Assembly: GCF_006345805.1 (NCBI RefSeq)
Contig: NW_021835990.1
Span: 366,824-430,823, forward strand
Length of the DNA: 64,000 nucleotides
Direction of reading: 5' to 3'
Source: Octopus sinensis
Lineage: Eukaryota
A program made the translations under genes and the position numbers. The notes under the pieces were generated by a model. That model did not search any database. It was not told the DNA's origin and saw only the letters and a program-made list of their open reading frames with translations. Shown here one piece after another: positions 45,602 through 58,670 of this stretch. The number at the start of each line of letters is the position of its first letter. Within the stretch, counting starts at the first letter, position 1.

Positions 45602-46800
45602 ATGGACGTCGAGATCGATCTTAAAAACGGTGAAAAAACTTTGACATATACCCTAGAACTATCTTCTGCTTTGGATTTCTTGAAAACACTGAAAAACCAA
45701 ATCATTCAAAAAGTTTAATAAATAATTGATAAAATATTAGTATTATGATTCAGACATAAGTGAATTTGAACTAATCATTGACCAAGCAATAGCTGAAATT
45801 GCAAAATTAGATCAAATCGGTATTGGCCTCATTAATTGACCTATTTAAAAGAAAAAACAAAATTTAAATCCACAAAAGATAATAAAGTGCATGAAGAACA
45901 GTTTAATGAAATATCTTACGATTTCGAAACTCCACATATACCGGAGCTTTGTGAATTTTCTGACTCCAATGAGCTAAATATAGATGAATATTATGACTCC
46001 AATAAGCTGAATATGGATGAATGTTATAACTCCGATGACCTGAATATGGATGAATGTTATAACTCCGATGACCTGAATATGGATAAATATTCTAACTTAG
46101 ATGAGCTGAATATATATGAATATTATAACTCTAATGAGCTAAATATAGATGAATATTATGACTCCAATGAGCTGAATATGGATGAATGTTATAACTCCAA
46201 TGACCTGAACATGGATAAATATTCTAACTTAGATGAGCTGAATATGGATGAATATTATGACTCTAATGAGCTAAATATAGATGAATATTATGACTCAGAT
46301 GAGCTGAATATGGATGAATATTATGACTCCAATGAGTTGAATATGGATGAATGTTATAACTCAGATGAGCTGAATATGGATGAATATTATGACTCCAATG
46401 AGTTGAATATGGATGAATTTTATAACTCCAATGACCTGAATATGGATGAATATTATACTTCTCGTCATCCGGATATACAAAAAAATTATGCCTCTGATTA
46501 TCCATATTTTCACAAATCTACGAAGAAAATAAAATATATAGGTGAAGACTTATCGTTCATTAACAAATTCGGTCTCTGGGTTTGTATTTTATATGTTTAG
46601 AGTTTATTTTAGTTTTTTGAACATTGTCACATAATCTATACTTCATTATTTTTTACCGAGATCTCATTAATAACACTATTCATTATTTATTCAGCAGTAC
46701 AAGTCGCCAGATATAAGGTATTAGTTAATTAATATGTAATTTCGAAGAAAAAGAGGGAGCTTCTAACTGATGTCGATTCAATTGACAAAAAATTACTGGT
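45602..46800 (+). CDS. Orphan single-pass membrane protein with 15 acidic, Tyr-rich 11-aa repeats
   Basis: ATG 45602. In-frame splices of 28-nt (45713-45740), 32-nt (45820-45851), 33-nt (46580-46612) and 30-nt introns. 33-bp repeats at 45962-46456. Hydrophobic IIYTSLFFTEISLITLFIIYSAVQV followed by ARYKKKR. Confidence 0.68.
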
Positions 46801-48223
46801 AGATTGGAATGATTATTAAGTTTTAGAATGTTTAAATAAATTTACTAACAATAATCAGTCTTGTTTGGCTTTAATAATAAATTATTAATAAATTCAAAAT
46901 AGGACAAATTAAATAAATTGTTAGAAACAATAATCTAATTTAACAGGAATTTAATATACTGCCTACAAAGATTCCAAAGTTGAAAAACAAAACTTTACAA
47001 AGAGAAAAAAACAACCCTACAAAGATTTCTTCTACAAAGACTGTAGAAGACTGGTAAAACTCAAGTTATTACCAATTTTAAACAACTCAATTTCATATTC
47101 AATGTCTAATAAAACTTTTAAAAAGTTGCAGTTAAAATTATGATATTTCAAATAAATTAGTTATAATTAAGAGATTAACTAAAGTCATTCCGAATATTTA
47201 CCAGTATACTCTTCTTTCTTGAATCCATAGAAAGTATATTTTTTGTATGAAAGCATCTTGTTATTTCTGTCAATGTCAACATTAAATTAGAGTTAAAAAA
47301 TGTCATTACTGAAAAATGAATTAAATAACTATTAATAATCATGAATCTTTTTAACTTAGAATGTTCAGATATATTTCCCTTGCCGAGAAGAAAGTAACAA
47401 CTAATAAATAGCTACTTTGATTTAGTAAAAATGTTTTGATTTCCTAAAAAACGCTAATTTTTGAAGCTTTAACCTAATGCTTGAAGCGTCAACACTAATG
47501 TTTGGAGGGTCAACATCAATGCTTGAACCTTCTATATTAAAGCCAGAATAACTAATTTTCTAAAGTATTCTTTATTTTTAGAAAAATATTTTTAAATCTG
47601 ATTAAGTGTACCTGCACTCCAAATCGTTAGTATCCACTCTCTTTTTTTAGAAGAAGAGCTTATCTCACATTGCCTTTTACTCAAAAGCATCACATCTTAT
47701 TTTATCAATGTGTCTTCTTCAGAAATCATTGGGTCGTCTCTACCAGTACATGATATCTCAACAAACCGATCAGAAATAGAATCATACTCTTTATCAGATA
47801 CCTTCATCCCATTTTTGCTCAATTAGCATACTCTTAAGAGTCATTTTCAGCGTAACTGATTGGATGTGCGTCCTCTTTGCTTCTTCAATAGATAAGTTAT
47901 CGATATAATTTTCGGAGAACTTCATGACGACTCCATCCCAAATCATAATCAAATGAATTAGTTGTCCCTGAGAGTCAAAAAAGAAATTAGTTAAATTTTA
48001 TTATTTCCTTGAAAAATTTATTTAGTGCCCTAAAGCAAAAATTTCTCTATAATTAGATTTGCTTTAGATGAAAGTTGTGTTTCATTATGAATCATAAATG
48101 TTACCGTTTTTGCACGAGTAATTATCATTTAATACTAAAATAATTAATGCGTTAATAAAATTGTAGATCATCCAATAAAACAAACCAAAATACCATTAAA
48201 ACAAAAACAATAGTCCAAAAAAA

Positions 48224-48770
48224 TTATAGAACAGGGTAACTTGCAGCTGTAGCGATTCCACATTGGTTGTTTTTACTTCGAGACATTTTGATATATCCTT
48301 CCTCACCCCAGGATGGACCCCAACTAAATTGTAAAGACAAGATACCAGACCTATTTTTCACAAGCCAAAAATCTCTTCCATCTTCCACACCGTACCCAAC
48401 TACTAAAACACCGTGATCCAATTCAGAAGAGGAACAGTCAGGATTATCATAAATCCCTGCAAATATAAGAGTTCAAAAATTACCCCCGCTGTAATGCATA
48501 AAAGATTTATAGGATGCGTCAATTCCTACCGAAATTGGTCCGATTTTTGCAACGGCCTTCTGAAGCTGAACTTTCGACCCTTTTTCGATGTCTTCATAGG
48601 ATACCACAGTCAGAGTATTCTCGACGTATCGACATGTTCCAATCAACAAATAAAAAAATTTATTCTACCTTCCCTTCGTATGGATATTCACGCTCAGTAT
48701 CAAGTCCTCGATTTTGTATGATATATTCAAAGACGTCGTCCATGAGTCCTCCATTGCAACACCGGCTTTC
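48224..48770 (-). pseudogene. Cathepsin L-like 3' half (no catalytic-Cys exon seen)
   Basis: [41 protein letters not shown]|[24 protein letters not shown]. Confidence 0.88.
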
Positions 48771-49799
48771 AGTATGACAGGTGATAGACACACTAACTAA
48801 ACTTTGAATGTTCCAAAACTTACTTTGTGATGTAATCAAGCATGGGAAAATTTTCTTACAGCAAAAAGTTCTAATTTTATTTTTTCTCTAGCTCTGTAAG
48901 CCTCCGAGAGAATGTGGCCTCGCAGAATAAATTTCAAGAAATGACTGGATCGGCAGCAGCAAATGAGATACACAAAAATATTGGGTTCTTGAAAATAAAC
49001 CCGAGTCTTATTGAGACTCTTCACAATATGGAATATAATGAATGACGGACACATTCTCAAACTTGGTCTGATTATGCAAAGAATATGATATTAAGCCCAA
49101 AGAGAATAATGCATTAAACATAGCAGTTCTCCATTCATTCAGCAAGGATAGCATATTAAAAGAATTTGACAGAAACATTGTGCAAGAAATTATATATATT
49201 AAATTTTTGTGCACAGTTTCAACAAATTTAAGAAATAGAGACTACAAAATAAATGCTAAATACAAAAATACATTAGTCTGTTCATGCATCTGTTCAATCA
49301 GCCCAACCAGCTCCGTTCCGACCTGATTAATGCAAATCAACTCATCCTATATATAACTTTCAGATCAAATTCACGATAATTACTCGGTATGACATAACTT
49401 CAGAAGTTGATTGCTTCAATTCATTTTGAGCAATTTTAGAAACAGAAATATTAATCTCATCCGATTTGGATTCCGAAAGAGCTCTCTCTTCTTTAATAGG
49501 TTTTGGAAGACCAGATCTCTGGGATACAGATTGTGGCACTTTAAACGGACTTGGAGTCTTTTTTCCAAAACAAGGTTGTGGAAAAGCTTCAAATACTTGT
49601 TTACGCCTTTGTAAATATATTTCATTATTTAAATGATCAACGTTGGCAGAAACTTCATTTACTTTCTCGTATACCTAAAAATTGATTAAAAATAATTAAA
49701 ACCACTTTTAATCCTAATGATTGATTGTAAATTATATTTAATACTGATTGTAATTGACTCAAAATTCTTATCGTTGTTGTGGTGTTGTGCATGTCCGTT

Positions 49800-50544
49800 T
49801 TTATCAATAAGAAGAAAACGAATCCCATGGGCCTTTCTGCAGAATCAAATAATAAAAACAGTATAGTGGATGCAGGAGTGTTGTCTCTGGGGCTGGATAA
49901 CGGCACAAGAACTAATATTAACAATAATCCTACAGTTGGAAGTCGTGCTGCACCAACTAACTTTTATTCTCTGTCCGCCATTATTAAGGATGTCAAGTGT
50001 GTCTCTAGACTGAATGGGTGTCTCAGGTGTTCTATGCTTTAAAGAAAGATTTGGAAGGATGCCTAGAGGTGGCTGGGATCTCATTCTGAAAGAGTTCAAT
50101 GAAAAATACTTAAAGTGCTTAAGTCTGTGCCAACTAAAAAATGGTCAAACCACTAAATGGGAATCAAAATGTAGGGAAAAGAGGCGATTGTAGTGAAGGA
50201 AAATCTAACATGAATATTGAAATTTCTAACTTCAAGAATTGTCTAGAAGAACTCAAAGTCCAACTCGAAAGAATCAAATCTATTCCTAGAGAGTCTCGAA
50301 AACCTACCCCAAAATCCAAAAAAATAAAGTGAAAACTAATATTCTGTCTGGATTGAATTCTGCAATTTATCGTATTACAGAAGATAATCCTCCACAAAAT
50401 ATGGATCAGATTACAGACATATTATATGCTGCACAGTGTGCTTATTTGGCCTTAACTATAAGACCTAAAACAAAAAGAACATGGTTGGAAAATACAGAAA
50501 ACAAAATTTCGAAATTAGCAGCTGAAATTTTAAATATGAAATAA
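49800..50544 (+). mobile_element. Probable N-terminal region of an R4-like non-LTR element
   Basis: ILYAAQCAY....KTKRTWLENTENKISKL resembles the pre-RT region of R4/Dong-like ORFs. Confidence 0.45.
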
Positions 50545-50554
50545 ACGGCAATCA

Positions 50555-50830
50555 TGTCACTTCCCCCGGGTCCGCTGCGGAAAAGGCTGAGACGGCCAAA
50601 ATTAAAAAATACCAAGAACTCGAATTCCGCCTTATATTCGCACCAATCGCTTTGGAGACATCGGGCGTCGCCGGGCTTCTAATCTCGGCCTTCATCAGCG
50701 ACATCGAGAGGAAATTGGCCCACAGGATGAAAGAGCCACGCGAAGTTTCGCGGCGTTTCCTCTCTGCCCATTGTTAACTTAATTTGTTTTTATTTGGGTT
50801 AAAAAAACTTAAATAAAAAAAAGTCTATGA
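50555..50830 (+). mobile_element. CRE-clade 3' fragment
   Basis: PGSAAEKAETAKIKKY..FAPIALETSG..FISDIERKLAHRMKEPRE, followed by A-runs. Confidence 0.78.
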
Positions 50831-50994
50831 AATTATCAATTTATTTGAAAATTGATATGATTTATTTGTATTAAGAATATACGAATTAAAAAGAAATAAA
50901 TACGTGTCTACAAAATTAGTACAAAATTCTAAAAAGATTAAAACACATAAACATTTTTAAAAGCCTTACCATTTGGAAAAAACCACCGCAACCT

Positions 50995-51880
50995 GGAGGA
51001 AGAAGGTCGAATGCAATGCAGTTTTGAATGGCTGTGAGAATCCACTGCAGTTGTCCGTGCAGAGTCTTCCGGTCTTTGGGACTGCCGGCCAGTCTATGAG
51101 AGTGAAGTGGATGCAATACTCGACTGGCAGGAACTCCCCGTGGTACGCGTGCCTGCTCGACATTTGACTAATAATGGGAAGCGAGGTCATACAAATTGAG
51201 GGACAGCAGCACTGGGGATAAAAGACAGCACGTGAACAAGTCGGCGCGGAGTCCCTCAGCGCGAGGAAGTGACTCGCCGTGTGAGCAAGCAGCGAAATGA
51301 ATCCTTATCGGGGAATGTGTTCTGAATGGGACAGGAGGACTAACTTGGAAAAGACTGACGATGGTAGCTGCAGATGACGTGTCGAATATGAAAATGGACG
51401 GGGCCTTGAGGTGTTCCACCATCAGCTCGTTGTCCACCTCGACCATCCGCCCCCTATCGACTACCCACATCTTGTCAGAGGGAGGCAGATTAACTCCACA
51501 GTAGTGGAAGACTGCCCAGTTGTCCTAATACGTCTGCATTGCCCGAATCACCCCAATGTGCTTCCTCGACTCTGCGCATTTGTTGAGCAGTGACGGCAGG
51601 TCAGGCTTAGTCAGGGCCTTGAATACTGTCCCTCTGTTGTCGAGAGTCCGGTAGAGTCCTTTCAGTCTCTTGGCAATATCTCTGAAGGTGTAGAACGGGT
51701 ATCTCAGACGGACATCTGAAGTGTTGTGGGCAGATTAACCAATCCAAGTGAAGAGGGGGAAGGTATCTATGACTAGTTCGTTCAGCTCGTCCTCCCTGTC
51801 AATGATTGAGCACTTGGATGACGCTCAGAGTTCTTGATAATATTACATTCCCACCTGACCGAGGTGCCACTCTCACAAAT
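50995..51880 (-). pseudogene. RPTOR: Raptor N-terminal conserved (RNC) region fragment
   Basis: VFHYCG..P....WV, PSIFIFD.S.A..IV..F, IHFAAC....LP....L.ADLFTCCL..P, G...DRKTLHGQLQWILTAI..CIAFDLLP, then abrupt truncation. Confidence 0.85.
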
Positions 51881-51901
51881 TACAGTCTCCTTGCATAGTC
51901 T

Positions 51902-52328
51902 ACTATTATTATTATTATTATTTAAAGACCAATACGGGCAAGCCAGTTAATTATAGGTTATTCCCGTGATCGCCGATCCAAACGAGGGAGATCCTTCTGA
52001 AAGGTTCAATCCTTCCCGCAAGATCGGCTGAGACGACGATGTCCCAGGGTCTGAGAAGCTAAGAGTCCTTTTTCGGAAGGCATTAAGTGCTTCCTGAGCG
52101 TTGCCATATCCGAAGGATTTCCAAGAAATGACATGTGGACCCCGTAACGCCACGCTAAGCCGGAAGGTAAGAGATCCCATTTCCAACTGTGTCGTGCCAG
52201 AAGTACTCGTTGCCTCACGGGCAGGGGAACGATAACGAGAATTAGCCCCAGGTTAAAACTGTCCTCCTTCGGAATCGAACTCACGACATCCAACCATTAT
52301 CCATAGCTTAGTCTTCAGCCAAGGGGAC
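51902..52328 (-). mobile_element. tRNA-derived SINE, copy 1, with (TAA)n tail
   Basis: Head GTCCCCTTGGCTGAAG..GTTCGATTCC..GGAGGAC (A-box and B-box like), about 340-bp body, TAA repeats at 51902-51923. Confidence 0.75.
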
Positions 52329-52482
52329 TATGTATTCACATATGACTCCGCAATGTTCATACACTTAATTATTTATAACAACATTCTAAATATTTAAGAC
52401 AGTAGAGGAGTCTCAAGAAATAAGTGCTAAAGGACATCAGATGCAGGCAACTCAAAGACGGTTTGGGCGAATTGAGATCACT

Positions 52483-52835
52483 GACTCGGCTATAGATAAT
52501 GGATTTGGACAGTCGTGGGTTCGAATCCGAAGGAGGCTAGTTTCATCCTGGGCCATTCTCAATTCTCGTTATCGTTCCTCTGCCCGCGAGGCAATGAGTA
52601 CTTCTGGCACGACACAGTTGAAAAATGGGGATTTCTTATTTTCATTCCGGTCTTATCGTGACGTTATGGGGTCCACCATATCAGTTGGAACTCCCAATCG
52701 GATATGGAAACGCTCAGGAGGCACTTAATGCCTACCGAAAAAAGGACTTCTAGAACTCTGATCCTGGGACATCGTCATCTCAGTCCGATCATGTGGGCAG
52801 GATCGAACCTTTCAGAAGGATCTCCCTCGCTTGAA
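52483..52835 (+). mobile_element. tRNA-derived SINE, copy 2, diverged and tail-less
   Basis: Colinear with copy 1 (GTTCGAATCCGAAGGAGG, GAGTACTTCTGGCACGACACAGTTG, GAACCTTTCAGAAGGATCTCCCTCG). Confidence 0.75.
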
Positions 52836-52849
52836 TCACGGAGAGTGTC

Positions 52850-54560
52850 TGCTGGGTTAACCTGCATTGCTACCTTCAATATGACAGCTCCTGTGATTTG
52901 TGGGGACTGTTCATGTTGACAGAAAGTGGGGACATCCGAGTTGAGTCCGACTGCACTGATTGTACAAACCAAACTAATATAAGTGCGTGGTCTCCCAAGG
53001 ACTTTGGTTCCACTAAAATGGTCTCTGTAATGTTCCATCAGACACTCCCGGTAGTAGAGGGAGGTGACTGAGGGAGAACTGAGAGGAGTGCCCTACCAAT
53101 GAACACCCCTCTCGTGATGGGAAATGATTTGATTGCTGAACAGACGGGAGTTATGTTCTTCTGTCCTCGACTACTGTATTTGTCATCTCCGCCCACAACG
53201 AGTTCATCTGCAATGCCAAGTGAGGGTCACCAGAATATAATTGCCTCCTCATCACTCATCCGTCCGTCAATCAGGGAGTGGCTGAGCAAAGAATCGAATC
53301 ACTCCTTTGCGGAGAATGCCCCTCGAGAGCAGATTGGAGAGGACAGAACAGCAGGAATGTGTGAATGCGAGTCTGTGATGACCAACACGCCTTACTGGTC
53401 CCCAAGTTGAGCATCCGCATCTCCAAGTTGTACAGAGTGTCAGAAAAGTCCACTTCCAGTTTCACGTCGTTCTCGAGCCAGTCGATTGGAGTGCTCGGCC
53501 AACTCAGCAGCAATCTGGAATGACCGAAGAAGGCATCTGCAGGAGAGAAGAGTCAATGGTTGGGTCAGCCTCGTCCTCCTCCACTCCCCACGTGCCCAGA
53601 CAACGACGGGGACACAACTCGTTGTACCGTTTCTGGCACTCCACTCTGCTTCGATTGGACATGTACAGACTCACTCACGTAGAATAACATTCTAACCTTC
53701 CTTGAAGGACACTCGGTCACCCAAACACAGACTGTCCACTACTTCCAGCAAAATGTCATCCTCGGCAGACCCCCATGTCCTGCATACTCCACACAAACCA
53801 CCTGTTCTGATGCGATGACCGAATCTTCTGGTACCTCTGCAGACAAAAGAAAGGAGTCCTCCGAGTCTAGTCTGAATCAGTCAGAATACCCCCAATTGGG
53901 CAGCCACAGTACACCAACTGTGATCCCCGTGCTCTTTCACCAACTCCATTATCCTCTTCCCCCGACGACGAACAAGTGTTAATGGAAGGGTGGCAGAGAT
54001 TGTTCCACAGTGGCCGAACTGAGTTATTCAACCGCCTACCCTGCCAACAATCCTCGTCAAGTCGACCAGAGGGGAGTGTCTTTCAGGGAGGTAGTCTTCC
54101 ACGGGGGCACTCTTGATGTCCTCGATCTCCCTGTCCACCTCACTCATCAAATCAGCCGCTCTCTGTTCTGGGAATATGCTCTCTTTGCTGCAATGTGAGA
54201 ATGATGTACTAGGCAAGCAGTCCGTCTATTTTTAGTTTCTTTTGCTGCTGGGATATCAGTCTTTTCAACTCCTCCACCATCCTGGTTTTCACTGCAGTCT
54301 CACCCGACAGTACTACAGCAACGGAGAGTCCGCACAAGTCCCGAGACTTCCCCCGAGGCCTTCTTGGTGAGGACGTCGTCGTTGTGGGGAGGGATCTGGG
54401 AGATGACCCATATATATACCCCATTCGAGTCCGTGAAGTAATTGGTGAAAATTAGTGGAATCCAGGAGGTTGAGGGGAAACGATCGAGTTGGCTGATTCC
54501 AGGATTTGAGTCAATTTCTCGCTGACAAGTAAGTGTTGTGGCTTACTATATAGTTGTCGC
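52850..54560 (-). pseudogene. SNAPC4: SNAPC4/SNAP190-like Myb-repeat protein, degenerate
   Basis: PPHNDD..TKKASG, EIEDIKSAPVEDYL, WNNLCHPSIN..S.EED, ELVKEHG..SW..VA.QLGTRRTPFFCLQRY, RSRVECQKRY...GTWGVEED. Frameshifts. Boundaries uncertain. Confidence 0.65.
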
Positions 54561-54839
54561 AATTTTCGTCCAATTCGTCGAGAAATATGAGGTTTTCCAG
54601 TATTATTTTTCGATATACCACATTCCAGTGGGCAGAACAATCAAGGGACTATATTAGAGACCACATGCTAACATTTAAGGGGAGGGTACTGCTCCGTGTC
54701 CCCTGTCGATTTCATCACATATACGCAAAGCACCGTTCATGACATACCAAATGTATTCCAACTATTTTTAATTAATTTGCGTATATTTTAAAGACTTATT
54801 TTATTAATCAAATAGATTGAAAATAAATAGATTGAAAGA

Positions 54840-55392
54840 TAAAGAAAGAGTGGATCGGCAAACTCACTTCGTCTGAGGGTGTATGAAGCCTTTGTCAAAC
54901 CAATCCTGACATATAATTCGGCGACCTGGGGAATGTCTAGTACTGAACAACGTGGACTCGATTCTTTTCACCGCAGGCAACTTAGATCCCTACTGGGATT
55001 GAACTGGCCTATAAGAATCAACCAGGAATCGCTATACAATAGATGCAGAACTGGCCCTCTGAGTGTGGAAATCGTCAATATGCGGTGGAGGTTATTTGGC
55101 CATATTCTACGATGGACATGCTTGCCCCAGCTAACATAGCAATGGAGAGCTACTTCCTGAAAGAGATCGAGCTTCCGTGGACGTCCACGTGTTACGCTGC
55201 CGGAAACACTTGACGGAGACTGAAATGTGTGAAGAAAAGGCTAAGGAGTGGTGAGGATCTGGACGAGCTGAGGAAACTCGCTCACGACAGAGGAGGTTGG
55301 AGGAGGCTGGTTCAAGGATTGTTTTTAATGCTGCACGAGTAAAATTATAAATAATATGATTCTACGTATGTTGCAAATAATAATAATAATTG
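54840..55392 (+). mobile_element. RTE-clade LINE 3' end with (TAA)n tail
   Basis: RVYEAFVKPILTYNSATW..LDSFHRRQLRSLLG..W..RI....LY.R..RWRLFGHILR; tail at 55377-55391. Confidence 0.85.
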
Positions 55393-56760
55393 AAAGGTGA
55401 CAGCAAACCGTTTAGGAAACTACAAATCATTCGGCAAACAAATCTAAAGGATATTAAACTGTTCTCTCAGTCTTCGGGGTTCCAGTCTTATCCTGACATT
55501 TATTCAGTGAGGATTGCTTGAGTGCATCTTCTCGGAGTTCGACACCCTCAATTGATCAACAAACATTCAGTCCAAAGTTGTCTTTCGGAAGGAGACAAAC
55601 ATCTTTTATACAATACGGCGTGTATCACAGAACTAATGGAATTCTTATATTTACGGGTGTCATGTGGGTACATACAGAGAAGGAGTGGCATCCAATTCAA
55701 GCCATTTCTCCCTGCTGTGTGTTGCATGTCATTTATAGGCGAACAAGTATTCATTGGAGGGCATCTGGGTTGGGCCAGTTTAATAATTAATTATACCGTT
55801 TATACAAAATCCCCATCTCATAAAACTTGTTGATTTGGGGTTGTCTATGAGCACCTGAATAAATTGACCAAACTATTAAGTTATAGGATACACCTTTACA
55901 TAATTTGGTTATTGATTATTCTTTATTTGATAGTTAAATGGTTTTTGGCGACCAATTGACTGGCAGTCTTGGGGATTATTTTAGAAGGATCACCTAATAG
56001 TGCGACAATTATTGAATACCGAATGGTTGCTAAACTGTCGTAAATATTAAATTGGGTGTCTCCTTGAACAGGATAAATTTCATAGAATTAGTTACCAATG
56101 ATAATTATTCTGAAAACAACTTTAACAAACATCACCAGACTATTCAAAGTACTATGGAAAAACACTCTAAAACCTTTTCTAACTTTTTCTCCTGCGGTAC
56201 TTAAAACCAGGTTTTTTTCCTGTGGCGCATATTACTTAGAAATGTTAAGCAGGCTAGGAGGTCATCTTCAATTGACAACAACCTGTTTGTGTCGACAAGA
56301 CAAGAAAAAGCTTGTTCACACTTATATCATGTTGAGAACTGAAACAATATTTTTATTGCCCTACTGAAGGCTAAGAATCCTTTATGGAAATTCGGAACAT
56401 ATCTGTTGACAATTCAGCAAATATTATTTTTAATGTGGGGTTATAACGATGTTGGCAAAGCTTTTCATCTTCTGTTAAAGTAAATTGATAGTACATGATT
56501 CGGAGAATGGATTTATATCATTTATTTCAATATTAAAAAAAATAATGATTAATGCTCTTTTCCAATTCTTCTAGAATCTAGATGAAATATAATACAATCA
56601 CTGATCTTATTATCAACTAAAATATTCTTATCTTTGTATTTAATATTTTGATTAGACCTCAAAGGGAATCCCTAATAAAAACATCAACTTAAATATTCCG
56701 TATAAGATTTAACAATTTAAACAAACTGACAAATCCCTGAGAGAGGCTCATGTATAATAT

Positions 56761-57362
56761 TTGTCCAACAAAATAAAGAACAAGTCACTCCATTCTGTCC
56801 TGTTCAGGTTTAAAGAAGACTCTAACTCTGACCTCAAAATGTCTAGCGAGTGGCTGTACAAAGGGAACAATACACCAAGGAGTGAAGCTTTGTATTGCCT
56901 CTTGCAAGATAGAAATTTGTTTTTTTCTTCTGCGCGTGGTGCGCTGTGTGATCATTGCAAAAAGCTAAGACAGTAGACCACATGGCTACACGGTGCAACA
57001 GAATGCTAAATAGTGACTATGTGAGAAGGCACAATGAGGTTGTGAGGTGCATCCATTTGCACGTATGCAGACAGTTTGAATAAAAAACTGGAAACTAAAG
57101 TCTCATTCAGTACAGTCTAGTTTTATCGACTCGAAATGTTGAGATAAGAGTAGATACGCCAATATTAACTGATACGCAAGTTCAGTTCAATAAGCCAGAT
57201 ATCTTTATTTATGACAGATTGAAGAATGAGATCACCATAATTGAAGTGGGGATTACATCGCAGGAGAGACTCAAACAAACCGAAGTTGAGAAATTGCATA
57301 AATACGATTTGCTGGCTAAAGAACTAAAGATGCTTTACGGGGCACCAGTCCGAATTATTCCG
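56761..57362 (+). mobile_element. R4-like non-LTR element C-terminus (CCHC knuckle plus restriction-like endonuclease)
   Basis: LQDRNLF, CDHCKK..TVDH..TRC, YVRRHNEVVRCIH, NKPDIFI.D..KNEI.IIEVGIT, EVEKLHKYDLLA.EL. Confidence 0.85.
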
Positions 57363-57759
57363 TTGGCTGAAGTGGCAAATCAATCTTGCGAGGACCCTTC
57401 GGATGAAGCAAACGGGAAAATCTTGTGTTCGGAGAATGAAAGTGCTGATGGTGCGTTGGTGGAAAGCTCTCCCAAGAGGAGAAAAATTCCAGGAGACGAG
57501 GATCATTGAGCTAACGTGATTATGAACACATTTTCCAACGAAACTTGGAATAAAAAAATATCATAAACACAATAAATGAAAATAAATATTATACAATTGA
57601 ATTGAAGCGGGTGTCAAACGAAGTGGAGTTGTCTCACCAAATATAAAAAATTTAACATTTGCACGATCCTTTGCATTGATTGGGGTGTCATCATTAAGCA
57701 ATATTCGACATACATTGCCATATGTTGCCGCACAGTCGAGAGGTTTTCATAAAAATTAG

Positions 57760-57910
57760 TTTCTGTGTTCATGCAAATAAGCAACCTGGCTTCGATAACT
57801 GCGTTATTCTCAATGAGAAATTTTACTACTTCCTTGTGTCCGTTTAAGGCAGGCAAGTCGAGGAGCGTATTGGAGTTTTCACCTTAGCTGTGGATCAACC
57901 ATGTTTGCAA
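57760..57910 (-). pseudogene. Ankyrin-repeat fragment
   Basis: LLDLPALNGHKEVVKFLIENNAVIEAR, one repeat; flanks broken. Confidence 0.55.
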
Positions 57911-58442
57911 GGATTTTGACAACACTGCTGTTTCCGTTTAATAAAATACTTTAAAAATCCATTTTGACCTCTAAAATGCATTCACTGTCATTTTTGAGAG
58001 TACAGTTGGTTTATGAGAATTTGTAGATAACTAAAAACGACTTTTGACACCTCAACAATTTTGATCGCACTTCTTTGTATCCTTATTTCAGCTATCTGGA
58101 GCATCACTAAGATATGCGCTCTAATATTTACACTCTTTATAAGCTACTAGGTAGAATTGTGTTTTAATTAAAATAATGTTTGTTTTATTAATAAATTATC
58201 TTAATTTTTGGTTATCCAATTATTAATAAAAAACCTAATAAATTATTCCACGTGTAATCACGCGTTTGGCATACCTTGTTGTTTTGTTACATTATTTGTT
58301 AGATCATAATTTTTTTATTTAATTGGATTCAGAAGGGATATTTCGCGATGTAGTTTCTTTTAATTTTTAAATTATTTGAAATTTCATTATTTTGTAATAT
58401 TTGTAAGTTTATTCCTTCAATCTGTATATTCTACTTATTCTG

Positions 58443-58670
58443 TATATTCTTTTTATTAATTTATTGTTGTCAACTCCTGTTGATTGTTTATTTTCATATT
58501 TTATTTGTTTAATATTCCTTTTTATTAATTTATTGTTGTCAACTCCTGTTGATTGTTTATTGCCTTATTTAATTCGTTATTTTCAAACCATAATATTCCT
58601 TTTTATCAATTTATTGTTGTCAACTCCTTTTGATTGTTTATTGCCATATTTTATTCGTTATTTTCAAAAG
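58443..58670. repeat. Three imperfect tandem copies of an AT-rich unit of about 70-80 bp
   Basis: ttttattaatttattgttgtcaactcctgttgattgtttatt repeated three times. Confidence 0.85.

Noticed and set aside
46263-46505. Minus-strand HNIHPYS repeat ORF
   Set aside because: Antisense shadow of the 33-bp coding repeat.
52255-52328. Functional tRNA gene
   Set aside because: The T-stem does not pair (GTGAG vs CCGAA), there is no clear anticodon arm, and it continues into a repeated body, so it is a SINE head.
57219-57509. 96-aa ORF as a gene
   Set aside because: Chimeric: a retrotransposon endonuclease end fused to unrelated sequence after VRIIP.
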